This document shows positions 18,552 to 26,745 of a stretch of DNA of 64,000 nucleotides, one piece after another (position 1 is the first letter of the stretch; each line of letters opens with the position of its first letter). The stretch lies in IMG/VR virus record IMGVR_UViG_3300032285_004186. The stretch is one strand, 5' to 3'. The notes below the pieces were generated by a model. That model was not told where the DNA came from. It saw nothing but the letters and a program-made list of their open reading frames with translations, and made no database searches. This DNA is from a virus. The translations under genes and the position numbers were made by a program.

Positions 18552-19226
18552 ATGAGTAATAACACATACCGTTTATTGGTTGAAGAGCCTACTTACGAAG
18601 TAAAATATTTAATAGAAGAAAAAAATCGTAATACTCCCTCCAATATGTTTATTCATGGCCCCTTTCTTATGGCCAATGAAGCTAACAAAAACAAAAGAAT
18701 TTATCCTTTGGAAGAAATGGTCAAAGAAGTAAATCGTTATACTTCTGAAATGATTAATAATCATAGAGCCACTGGAGAATTAAATCATCCTCAAACCCCG
18801 GATATTAATTTAGAAAGAGTCTGTCATATGGTTACAGAGATGAAGCAAAATGGTAACATTTTTGAAGGCAAATCCAAGATTCTTTCTAATCCAATGGGTC
18901 AATTGGTAAGATCTTTAATTTTAGACGGAGTTAAACTAGGAGTTTCAAGCAGAGCCTTGGGTAAATTGGAACCTGGAAACAATGGAATTAATAAAGTTTC
19001 AGATTTTAAATTGGTTGCTGTAGATGTTGTAGCAGATCCCTCAGTTCCTACAGCATTTGTAAACGGTATTTTAGAATCTAAACAATGGATTTTAGCAGAA
19101 GACGGAAATTTTGAACCTCTTTATGATAATTTTGAAAAGAAAATTTCATCTCTTCCACTTAAAAATCAAAAACAATTTTTAAAAGAACAAATTTTAGCAT
19201 TTATTAATGCTCTTAAATCTGTTTAA
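18552..19226 (+). CDS. gp21: Prohead protease (T4 gp21-like)
   Basis: NKNKRIYP, GELNHP, LGVSSRALG, DVVADPS. Confidence 0.95.
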   Translation: MSNNTYRLLVEEPTYEVKYLIEEKNRNTPSNMFIHGPFLMANEANKNKRIYPLEEMVKEVNRYTSEMINNHRATGELNHPQTPDINLERVCHMVTEMKQNGNIFEGKSKILSNPMGQLVRSLILDGVKLGVSSRALGKLEPGNNGINKVSDFKLVAVDVVADPSVPTAFVNGILESKQWILAEDGNFEPLYDNFEKKISSLPLKNQKQFLKEQILAFINALKSV

Positions 19227-19258
19227 AGACCTAGTCTAGATAAATATCAATATATTTT

Positions 19259-19492
19259 ATGAATTCTACAAATCCATTAATTTCCAAATTTATAGCGCAA
19301 CTTTGTGAAAAGCAATTTGCATATGCTAACACTACTTTAGCAACTATTATAGAAGCTAAATTAAAAGAAAAAATTAAAAAAGAAGCTAAAAAGCTTTCTG
19401 GCAAATCTAAATCTATGTCAAAAGCAGATAAAAAGAAAGAATTTCTAGCTCGTATGGCTAAAGGTAAAAAAAAATCCAAAGGGGCCAAATAA
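19259..19492 (+). CDS. Small prohead core protein (gp67-like) with Lys-rich tail
   Basis: Between gp21 and gp22; late promoter at 19241-19246. Confidence 0.45.
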   Translation: MNSTNPLISKFIAQLCEKQFAYANTTLATIIEAKLKEKIKKEAKKLSGKSKSMSKADKKKEFLARMAKGKKKSKGAK

Positions 19493-19518
19493 AGGAATAA
19501 ATAAATTATAACAATTGT

Positions 19519-20409
19519 ATGAACATAACCACTATTCTTGAGAATATTGATAAAGAAGTCTTAAACGAAGAGTCCGCAAGAGCAATTGCAGAGGCTTTTG
19601 AATCTGCTGTTAATGAAAAAGTATCTGCTCGTGTTGGTCTTGAAGTTGAAAAGGCTTTGAGTGAACAGGATGAAGACCATGCTAAAAAACTCAAAACTTT
19701 AGTAGAGGCTATTGATTCTGATCATACTTCTAAATTAGAAAAAGTAGTTGAAGCTGTTAATGCTAATCATACAGAAAAATTACAAAAAATTGTTTCTTAT
19801 TATCGCAAAGCAATTAATGAAAAAGCTGGTGCTTTTAGTAATAAAATTGTAGAAGAAATGAGCAATTATCTGGATTTATATTTAGACAAATTGATCCCGA
19901 GAGAACAGTTGAGTGAAGCAGTTGCTAATACAGCTGCTAAACAACAATTAGACCAGATCAAAAAAATTATTTCTTTGGATCCTTCCCAGCTTAATGAAAA
20001 TTTCAAAAAAATTGTAATTCAGGGCAAATCTAAAATTGATCATCTCCAAGCCCAGCTTAATGAAGCTTATGAACAAAATGTTGCATTGAGCAAGACAGCA
20101 CAAGCCGCTAAAGCTGCTCTTTTAATTGAACAAAAAACAAAGGGCATGGTTGGTTCTAAAAAACAATTCATTTCTAAAATTTTAGGAGATAAGTCAGTTG
20201 AATATATTAATGAAAATTTCAATTATGTAGTTAATATGTTTGAAAGAGAAGAAAGAACTTCTTCTAATGATTTAGTCTCAGAAGCATCTAAAGTAGCTGT
20301 CTCTAAAGATGCTAAAGTAGTTTACCCTCAGGTGATGACCGAATCTGTCAGTACACCAACCAACACCCAAGTAGCTGATTACTTGACTGGTTTAAAAAGA
20401 GTTCGGTAA
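19519..20409 (+). CDS. gp22: Prohead scaffold (T4 gp22-like)
   Basis: AFESAVNEKV, YLDLYL, coiled coil with many L/I-N-E sites; directly upstream of the capsid gene. Confidence 0.85.
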   Translation: MNITTILENIDKEVLNEESARAIAEAFESAVNEKVSARVGLEVEKALSEQDEDHAKKLKTLVEAIDSDHTSKLEKVVEAVNANHTEKLQKIVSYYRKAINEKAGAFSNKIVEEMSNYLDLYLDKLIPREQLSEAVANTAAKQQLDQIKKIISLDPSQLNENFKKIVIQGKSKIDHLQAQLNEAYEQNVALSKTAQAAKAALLIEQKTKGMVGSKKQFISKILGDKSVEYINENFNYVVNMFEREERTSSNDLVSEASKVAVSKDAKVVYPQVMTESVSTPTNTQVADYLTGLKRVR

Positions 20410-20476
20410 TTTTAAGTTGGAGAAATACACGGCGTATTCTCGAAATATATACAGTAAATAGAAAACAAATAAACAT

Positions 20477-21931
20477 ATGAGTAATGTAAGTTCCGCACCC
20501 GGATATATTGACGCAAACCGCGCAACCCAACTTCTCGAGAAGTGGGCACCTATGCTTGATTTTTCAAGTGATAAGGTTTCCCCTATTGAGGGTGAACATC
20601 AACGTTTGGCAACCGCCATGTTGATGGAAAACCAAGAGCGCTGGTGTCTCAATGAAGCTGGTAACATCGCTGGAAGCGGTGGAGTCTTTGGCTCTGCTGG
20701 TCCTGGTGGTACCTTTGGTGGTCAATTTGGTAACACAGATGGCTACGCTCAAGGAGATTCCCGCATGCCTAAGGTTTTGATTCCCATGGTTCGTCGTACG
20801 TTCCCAGAATTGATTACCAACGAAATCGTTGGAGTTCAACCTATGAGTGGTCCTGTCGGATTGGCTTTCGCCTTACGCTATCGTTACGAAGCTGATAGTT
20901 TGGGTTCTACTGGATTAGACGGATATACAAACGGATCCACCACCTTTGGTGCTGGTATTCAACGTAGTGCTATTGACGGGCAAGAATTGGGTTACCAATA
21001 TCTTGACACTCGCTTCACTGGCACATCTGCAGCTTCCCTCTCCGGCAACACCGATTTTTCGATTGCCGCAGAAGACCAAGGTGTTGCAGCTATCCTCAGT
21101 CAGTATGAACTTACTGGTAATATTCCTCAAATCACTGTCGAATTCTCCAAGACAGCAGTTGAAGCCGGCACACGCCGTTTAGCAGCTCGTTGGTCTGTTG
21201 AGTTGGAGCAAGATTTGAAGAACATGAACGGATTGGATATCGATTCTGAATTGACAAATGCGATGAGCTATGAAATTCAGGCAGAAATCGACCGTGAAAT
21301 GATTATCAGAATGCTTCAGATTTCTCTCAACGCTGGTAAAGGCACTGGATATAGCTTCTGGTACGCAGCTTCCGCTGATGCCCGTTGGTTAGGAGAACGC
21401 AACCGCGACTTCTACGCCAAGGTTATCGTTGAAGCAAACCGTATCGCAATTCGTAACCGCCGTGGTAGCGCTAATTTCATTATCGCCACTCCGAAAGTTT
21501 GTGCGATCATGGAAATGTTACCTGAGTTTCAATGGATGCCTGTAAACGGTAACGTGAATACTCAACCCACTGGCATTGCCAAGGTTGGTACTCTCGGTGG
21601 TCGTTTCACCATCTACAGAGATACTCGTACGGAAGCTCAGAATCTCACCACTCGTGGTGGGACAACCAATCCTGCGAATGCATTAGAGTATGCCTTGTTA
21701 GGTTACAAAGGTACCGAGTATTACGATACAGGTATCGTCTACTGTCCATATATTCCTGTCATGATTCAACGTACAGTTGGAGCAAACGACTTTAGCCCAC
21801 GTGTTGGGTTGATGACTCGTTACGGCGTCGTAGATTACATCTTCGGTGCTTCCCTCTACTATCACACAATCATCGTCAAGGGCTTGGGCTCAGACAATGT
21901 AAACGGCAACGGTGGTAAGCTCTACATGTAA
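20477..21931 (+). CDS. gp23: Major capsid protein (T4 gp23-like)
   Basis: LLEKWAP, LMENQ, LIPMVRR.FP.LI..EIVGVQPMSGP.GL.FALR, ELEQDLK, EIDRE, YCPYIP, MTRYG. Confidence 0.97.
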   Translation: MSNVSSAPGYIDANRATQLLEKWAPMLDFSSDKVSPIEGEHQRLATAMLMENQERWCLNEAGNIAGSGGVFGSAGPGGTFGGQFGNTDGYAQGDSRMPKVLIPMVRRTFPELITNEIVGVQPMSGPVGLAFALRYRYEADSLGSTGLDGYTNGSTTFGAGIQRSAIDGQELGYQYLDTRFTGTSAASLSGNTDFSIAAEDQGVAAILSQYELTGNIPQITVEFSKTAVEAGTRRLAARWSVELEQDLKNMNGLDIDSELTNAMSYEIQAEIDREMIIRMLQISLNAGKGTGYSFWYAASADARWLGERNRDFYAKVIVEANRIAIRNRRGSANFIIATPKVCAIMEMLPEFQWMPVNGNVNTQPTGIAKVGTLGGRFTIYRDTRTEAQNLTTRGGTTNPANALEYALLGYKGTEYYDTGIVYCPYIPVMIQRTVGANDFSPRVGLMTRYGVVDYIFGASLYYHTIIVKGLGSDNVNGNGGKLYM

Positions 21932-21948
21932 TCCATAGTGAACCTCTT

Positions 21949-21985
21949 AAAACACTCCCACTCAAAAGGTGGGAGTGTTTTTTTT
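21949..21985 (+). terminator. Intrinsic terminator after gp23
   Basis: Stem AAAACACTCCCAC / GTGGGAGTGTTTT around loop TCAAAAG, running into a T tract. Confidence 0.85.
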
Positions 21986-22005
21986 GCTTTGATTTCCCTT
22001 TTCTG

Positions 22006-22014
22006 TGATATAAT
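22006..22014 (+). promoter_or_regulatory. Extended -10 promoter TGaTATAAT
   Basis: Just after the terminator, 11 nt before ATG 22026; identical element at 24045-24053. Confidence 0.55.
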
Positions 22015-22025
22015 ATCAATTTGAT

Positions 22026-22559
22026 ATGAAAAGATATGCTCTATGTGGCGCACATGGTACTGGTAAAACCACAGTTTTGCAGGATATTGCAGATTATTTG
22101 ATAGACGAAACAGAGATAAAACCAATCTTTAATACAAGTAATGCTCGTAATTTGTTTAAAATGGGTATAAAAGTTAATGATAAAGGTGATGATTTTGTTC
22201 AATATGTAGTACAGGCAAGCCATGTTAGTCGATTTGCAGAACCTAATTGGTTTGCAGATCGTTGTGTGGTAGATGGATTTGCTTATATGGAAGCAGCATC
22301 AAGGAGACAATTGGTATCCAGGGATTGTTGGAATACAGTTTATACATTAATGGATACATTTGCTCCGTTATACACTCAAATTTTTTATGTTCCTATAGAA
22401 TTTGAAATGGAAAATGATGGGGTACGAAAAGTTGATATAGAATATCAACAAGAAGTAGATCGATATATGTCAAAAGCGTTGAAGAATTATAATAATGTTA
22501 CAATTGTAAAAGGAAATCGTGCGGAACGTAAAGAACTTGTATTAAAATACATTGCATGA
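22026..22559 (+). CDS. Second AAA_28/NadR-type P-loop kinase
   Basis: GAHGTGKTT, FADRCVVD, IFYVP, NDGVRK, KGNRAER. Confidence 0.75.
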   Translation: MKRYALCGAHGTGKTTVLQDIADYLIDETEIKPIFNTSNARNLFKMGIKVNDKGDDFVQYVVQASHVSRFAEPNWFADRCVVDGFAYMEAASRRQLVSRDCWNTVYTLMDTFAPLYTQIFYVPIEFEMENDGVRKVDIEYQQEVDRYMSKALKNYNNVTIVKGNRAERKELVLKYIA

Positions 22560-23089
22560 ATTTGTTTATCCTAGACCTAGATCCTAAAATTGCAGCTCAA
22601 TATTACCAGGATCTTCATATTAATAAGATTATTATAGAAGGAACACAGTTACTAGCAGCAGCTTATCCTCTTGATAGACTGGCACAAGATGATTGTCCTC
22701 GCACTCAAAAAGGTACAGTACGTAAACATGGACATTATAACCATCCAATGACTAAATGGGTACGGACAAATATGACTAATTTTGTATGGACATTAAATCA
22801 TTTAGATGGTTTATATCAAGAAAGATTATATAGATTTGAAAAGGAACACTTCAGTAAAGATTTTATAGATTGGGCTTGGAGTAATCCACCAGATCTGCCA
22901 CACGGAGATATGACTGAACACCCGCAATGCTTTGCTGTATCTTTTCCACAATGTATTGTGCCGGGTAATCCTGTAAAGGGTTATCAAAATTACTACAATG
23001 CTGGTAAAACAGAATTTAAATTTGGATCCAAGATTGTGAAAGCCAAATGGACCAAGAGAGACGTACCTTATTTCTTTGTTAATAAGTAA
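22556..23089 (+). CDS. Pyrimidine-dimer DNA glycosylase (DenV/Pyr_excise)-like protein
   Basis: MNLFILD.DP..AA....D.HINK.I.E..QLL, HYNHPMTKWVR, YQNYY...K, WTKR. Confidence 0.7.
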   Translation: MNLFILDLDPKIAAQYYQDLHINKIIIEGTQLLAAAYPLDRLAQDDCPRTQKGTVRKHGHYNHPMTKWVRTNMTNFVWTLNHLDGLYQERLYRFEKEHFSKDFIDWAWSNPPDLPHGDMTEHPQCFAVSFPQCIVPGNPVKGYQNYYNAGKTEFKFGSKIVKAKWTKRDVPYFFVNK

Positions 23090-23093
23090 TTTT

Positions 23094-23561
23094 ATGAATT
23101 TTAAATCATTTTATACTGAAGCAGTTAATAAATTTAACACAGAATGGCAGGTTACTAGAGAAGAAGCTAAGAAAATTAAAGAGGTGGATAAAAAAATAGC
23201 TCATGTAAAATCTTTTTTAATTGCAAATCCCTCATCAGCTAACTTTGGCAGAGTGGCTAACTGGACTCGAATGACAAAATTGGGCTATAAAAACACATCA
23301 CCGGAAAGTGCTCAAAAATTTGAAGATTTTCTAGACTACCTGGAATTCAATAAATCTAAATTTTCAGCAGAAGATAAAGATATAGATTTAAAAAATCTTC
23401 CAGAAGCAAAATTTATAGCAGTGTATAAAGATTTGGTTCATAGAAAGAATAATCTTCATCATGGTGGAAAAAGACCAGTTTCTATGAGCCAATATTTGGC
23501 TAAAATGAAAGAAGTAGCAAGAGAAAGAAAGATTTCTTTGCCCCCAGATCCACAAGATTAA
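23094..23561 (+). CDS. Hypothetical late protein, candidate internal head protein
   Basis: TAAGTA 5 nt before ATG 23094; MNFKSFYTEA start. Confidence 0.55.
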   Translation: MNFKSFYTEAVNKFNTEWQVTREEAKKIKEVDKKIAHVKSFLIANPSSANFGRVANWTRMTKLGYKNTSPESAQKFEDFLDYLEFNKSKFSAEDKDIDLKNLPEAKFIAVYKDLVHRKNNLHHGGKRPVSMSQYLAKMKEVARERKISLPPDPQD

Positions 23562-24028
23562 TTGTCTTCCAATAGATCTACTTGATTTTTGCGAGGTTTA
23601 GCATCTACAAACTTGTTTATTACCTCGTCCCTGGTGGCTATAAGAATATTGTTTGCAGCAGGTAGCCTGGAAACAATCTCCTTTTTACCAGCAATATCCA
23701 TTTTCTTCAATTCTACAGCAGTGGTAGATTGCTTATGTTGTAAATTGATGCTATTAAGAGAGTCTATAGCCTTAGTTGTAGCACTCATTAACGAGGCCAT
23801 AGCAGCTATTTCTTTAGGATCTGCTCCCATAGAAATATTATTAGATAATATGGTTATAGCATCTAGACCAGCTTGAATAACCTCTGCGGTTTTTTGATAA
23901 ACATATCCACTTACATTTTCGTCTGTTACAATTATTTCTGGGGTTGCTGGAGTGGGAGAATGATCAGCTGGCAAAGAAGTTGCTTTTAGTTCACTGATAA
24001 TACTGTCTATTTCAGAGTTAGATTCCAT
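23558..24028 (-). CDS. Probable small terminase subunit (T4 gp16-like)
   Basis: Two long helices with DPKEIAAMASLM and C-terminal NNILIATRDE, resembling gp16; minus-strand TAAATA at 24058-24053. Confidence 0.55.
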   Translation of the reverse strand: MESNSEIDSIISELKATSLPADHSPTPATPEIIVTDENVSGYVYQKTAEVIQAGLDAITILSNNISMGADPKEIAAMASLMSATTKAIDSLNSINLQHKQSTTAVELKKMDIAGKKEIVSRLPAANNILIATRDEVINKFVDAKPRKNQVDLLEDN

Positions 24029-24063
24029 TGCTTTTAAGATAGGATGATATAATATTTAGGTAT

Positions 24064-24222
24064 ATGAGTATAAAAGTATCGGTAGAAAATTACGGAACCT
24101 TCTTTATTGATTCCAGTAAAGTAACAGAACTAATTGCTTGGCTTATGTCAAATTATCACAATCCAGCTCTTGGCGAAGTCAATAATCATCAATCTCACGG
24201 CAATCAAATCATTAATGGTTGA
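24064..24222 (+). CDS. Small 52-aa hypothetical protein (below the ORF-track cutoff)
   Basis: MSIKVSVENYGTFFIDSSKVTELIAWLMSN...; lies between TGaTATAAT and the dUTPase ATG. Confidence 0.55.
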   Translation: MSIKVSVENYGTFFIDSSKVTELIAWLMSNYHNPALGEVNNHQSHGNQIING

Positions 24223-24223
24223 T

Positions 24224-24676
24224 ATGGAACAACCAAATTTTCTCAAAGCTCCTAAAATTTCTTTTAAGAAAACCCATCCCGACGCTCAGCTTCCGTTCAG
24301 GAAGAGAGCAAATGATACAGGATTTGATTTGTTTTCTGTAGAAGATGTTATTATTCCAGCTAAAGGAGACGCCAATATTCCAACTGGAATTACAGTGGCT
24401 AAAGTTCCTATGTCTGTGTGGTTTTTAATCCTTCCACGTTCAGGAATGGGATTTAAGTACGGAATTCAACCACATTTAGGTGTTATAGATAATCCATATA
24501 GAGGAGATTTAGCAGTAAAACTTTATAATTTTTCAGATCAAGACTATAAGGTTTCTAAAGGAGATAGAATAGCCCAAATAGCCTATTTTCCTCTTATTGT
24601 TTTAGAATCGGAATGGACAGAAGAAGTGGAAGATACAGATCGAGGAGACAAGGGATTTGGTAACTCCGGAAAATAA
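24224..24676 (+). CDS. dut: Trimeric dUTPase
   Basis: TGFDL, PRSG, GVIDNPYRG, GDRIAQ, RGDKGFGNSG (motifs I-V). ATG 24224 preferred. Confidence 0.95.
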   Translation: MEQPNFLKAPKISFKKTHPDAQLPFRKRANDTGFDLFSVEDVIIPAKGDANIPTGITVAKVPMSVWFLILPRSGMGFKYGIQPHLGVIDNPYRGDLAVKLYNFSDQDYKVSKGDRIAQIAYFPLIVLESEWTEEVEDTDRGDKGFGNSGK

Positions 24677-24677
24677 T

Positions 24678-25619
24678 ATGAGCCATACTAATCATTATAA
24701 CAAATTATGGGTTGAAAAGTATCGGCCGAAGACATTATCAGATGTAGTTCTTTCACCGGAAGTTAAAGAACATTTTGAAAATCTCAATGAAGATACTCCA
24801 CATCTTTTATTTTATGGTTCTCCTGGTACGGGTAAAAGTACCATGGCCAAGATCATTGTTAATGATATTCTCAAATGCCAATATCTGTATATCAATGCTT
24901 CAGACGAAAATGGAGTAGATACTATTCGCAATAAGGTCATTAGCTTTGCTCAAACATGCTCTATTGATGGTAAAAAGAAAGTAGTTATTCTAGAAGAAGC
25001 AGATGGGTTAACCGGAGACAGTCTTCGCATTCTTCGAAATGTAATGGAAGATTTTGAAAGTTCTACTCGTTTTATTCTTACAGCCAATTATTTTAATAAG
25101 GTTATAGAACCTATCAGGTCTAGGTGTTTATTATTTAAGTTACAACCAGATTTAAAAGAAATTGTAATTAGATGTATTCATATTCTACAAACAGAAAAAA
25201 TATTAGTAGAAGAAGATCAGAAAATGGTTCTCTTGGGACACATAGAAAAGAATTATCCAGATCTCCGGCGCATCATTAATGATTTACAAAAGTTTTCTAT
25301 GTCGGGAAAACTTCTTATTAAAGAACAAAAACAAATTACAGATATAGTCAATTATGTTTATGATGCTTTGATATCTAAGACCTCAAGCTTAGAAATAAGA
25401 TCCAAGATTATAGAAAATGAAAGAACCTTTAACGGGGATTATCAATCTTTAATGAAAGAATTGTTTGAAATCTTTTATTCTTCGAAATTAATAAAAGATT
25501 TAACAAAGAAAATGATTTTATGTGATATAGGAGAATACATGTTCAGAGATTGTACGGTCCTTGATCATGAAATTAATTTCTATATGTGTATAGTTTCGTT
25601 GGAAAACCATTTAAAATAG
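24678..25619 (+). CDS. gp44: Clamp loader large subunit (gp44/RFC-like AAA+)
   Basis: LWVEKYRP, GSPGTGKST, INASDENG, EEADGL, SRC, PDLRRIIN. Confidence 0.93.
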   Translation: MSHTNHYNKLWVEKYRPKTLSDVVLSPEVKEHFENLNEDTPHLLFYGSPGTGKSTMAKIIVNDILKCQYLYINASDENGVDTIRNKVISFAQTCSIDGKKKVVILEEADGLTGDSLRILRNVMEDFESSTRFILTANYFNKVIEPIRSRCLLFKLQPDLKEIVIRCIHILQTEKILVEEDQKMVLLGHIEKNYPDLRRIINDLQKFSMSGKLLIKEQKQITDIVNYVYDALISKTSSLEIRSKIIENERTFNGDYQSLMKELFEIFYSSKLIKDLTKKMILCDIGEYMFRDCTVLDHEINFYMCIVSLENHLK

Positions 25620-26189
25620 TTATTTGACCTTTTTATAGACAGCATCAGAAGCTCCTTTAGAATGCTTCAAGACTGTGTTTTTAGTTGGTAAATGATTGTC
25701 TGTGGGTTGATTATCTATCTTAGATTCCATGCGAAAAACCTTAGCAGAAGCATCACCCATAGGTCTTTCATATTTGTTAGGCACACTTTCTAGAGGCGGA
25801 AGATTAATGCCATAATCTTTTACTTCCACTAAGTCAAAATCTCCCGGCACTGTAAAGTCATTAAATTCTGTGGGCCATTCTACTTTACGTGGATCTGTCC
25901 TTAATAAAAGATAACAATTTCCCGCTCCTTCGTTATCATTGGCATCTTTAACATTTTGTCTAGCTCCACTAGCCACCACTCTTTTAATAAAAAATAATAC
26001 TTCATTGTCTATTAACTCTTTTAAAAATTTAACAAATGATGGTTCACCAGAATAATGCTTTTTAAAATATTTGTCTTTTAAAAAGGAAGGTTTAATAATA
26101 ATTGGAGTACCTTCCCTAAAACCTCCATTTGAAAAGTGGGAAAAAGCTGCTTCAAATAACGTTTCAAATTTGTTAAATTTTTGTTTCAT
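25620..26189 (-). CDS. Hypothetical late protein
   Basis: MKQKFNKFETLFEA start; shares the palindromic TAAATATTTA with gp25. Confidence 0.55.
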   Translation of the reverse strand: MKQKFNKFETLFEAAFSHFSNGGFREGTPIIIKPSFLKDKYFKKHYSGEPSFVKFLKELIDNEVLFFIKRVVASGARQNVKDANDNEGAGNCYLLLRTDPRKVEWPTEFNDFTVPGDFDLVEVKDYGINLPPLESVPNKYERPMGDASAKVFRMESKIDNQPTDNHLPTKNTVLKHSKGASDAVYKKVK

Positions 26190-26209
26190 ATAATATAGAG
26201 GTTATGCAA

Positions 26210-26219
26210 TAAATATTTA
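26210..26219. promoter_or_regulatory. Palindromic bidirectional late promoter TAAATATTTA
   Basis: TAAATA on both strands between two divergent genes. Confidence 0.6.
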
Positions 26220-26226
26220 CCACATT

Positions 26227-26742
26227 ATGGCAGCTATTTATTTAGATAATTTAGTTAAACCTCAAAAAGTTCAATCTCAAATCACAAATATAGCTGTAGA
26301 ACCAGAATCTTTGCAATATACTTACAGAGATTTGCATTTAGATTTGAGTCTTTTTAAAAATATAGGAGACGGCTTTAAAGTTGTAAATACAAAAGATATA
26401 CAGGCAGATTATGATATCATTGCTATACGCAATTCTATTTACAACATTTTTACAACCAGACCCGGTGAAAAGATATTATCTCCAGATTTTGGTTGTTCTT
26501 TAGATCAATTTTTATTTCAACCTTTATCTGAAGTCAGGGCTCAAATTTTAGGCAATAAAATTTTAGAAAATATCACAAAATTTGAACCCAGAATAATTGT
26601 TAATAAAATTTTAATTAACACTAATTATATGGAGTATACCTATGAAATTAATGTTGATTATCAAATCCTGGATAGTGGATTAGTAGACAATTTGCAAATG
26701 AATTTCAATACTACCTCTTACACATCTATTCAAATTCTATAA
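26227..26742 (+). CDS. gp25: Baseplate wedge protein (T4 gp25-like)
   Basis: AIRNSIYNIFTTRPGEK...PDFG..L...LF, FEPRI. Confidence 0.9.
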   Translation: MAAIYLDNLVKPQKVQSQITNIAVEPESLQYTYRDLHLDLSLFKNIGDGFKVVNTKDIQADYDIIAIRNSIYNIFTTRPGEKILSPDFGCSLDQFLFQPLSEVRAQILGNKILENITKFEPRIIVNKILINTNYMEYTYEINVDYQILDSGLVDNLQMNFNTTSYTSIQIL

Positions 26743-26745
26743 AAT

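Noticed and set aside
19491-19496. AAAGGA as a Shine-Dalgarno for gp22
   Set aside because: It lies 22 nt from the ATG and upstream of the TAAATA box.
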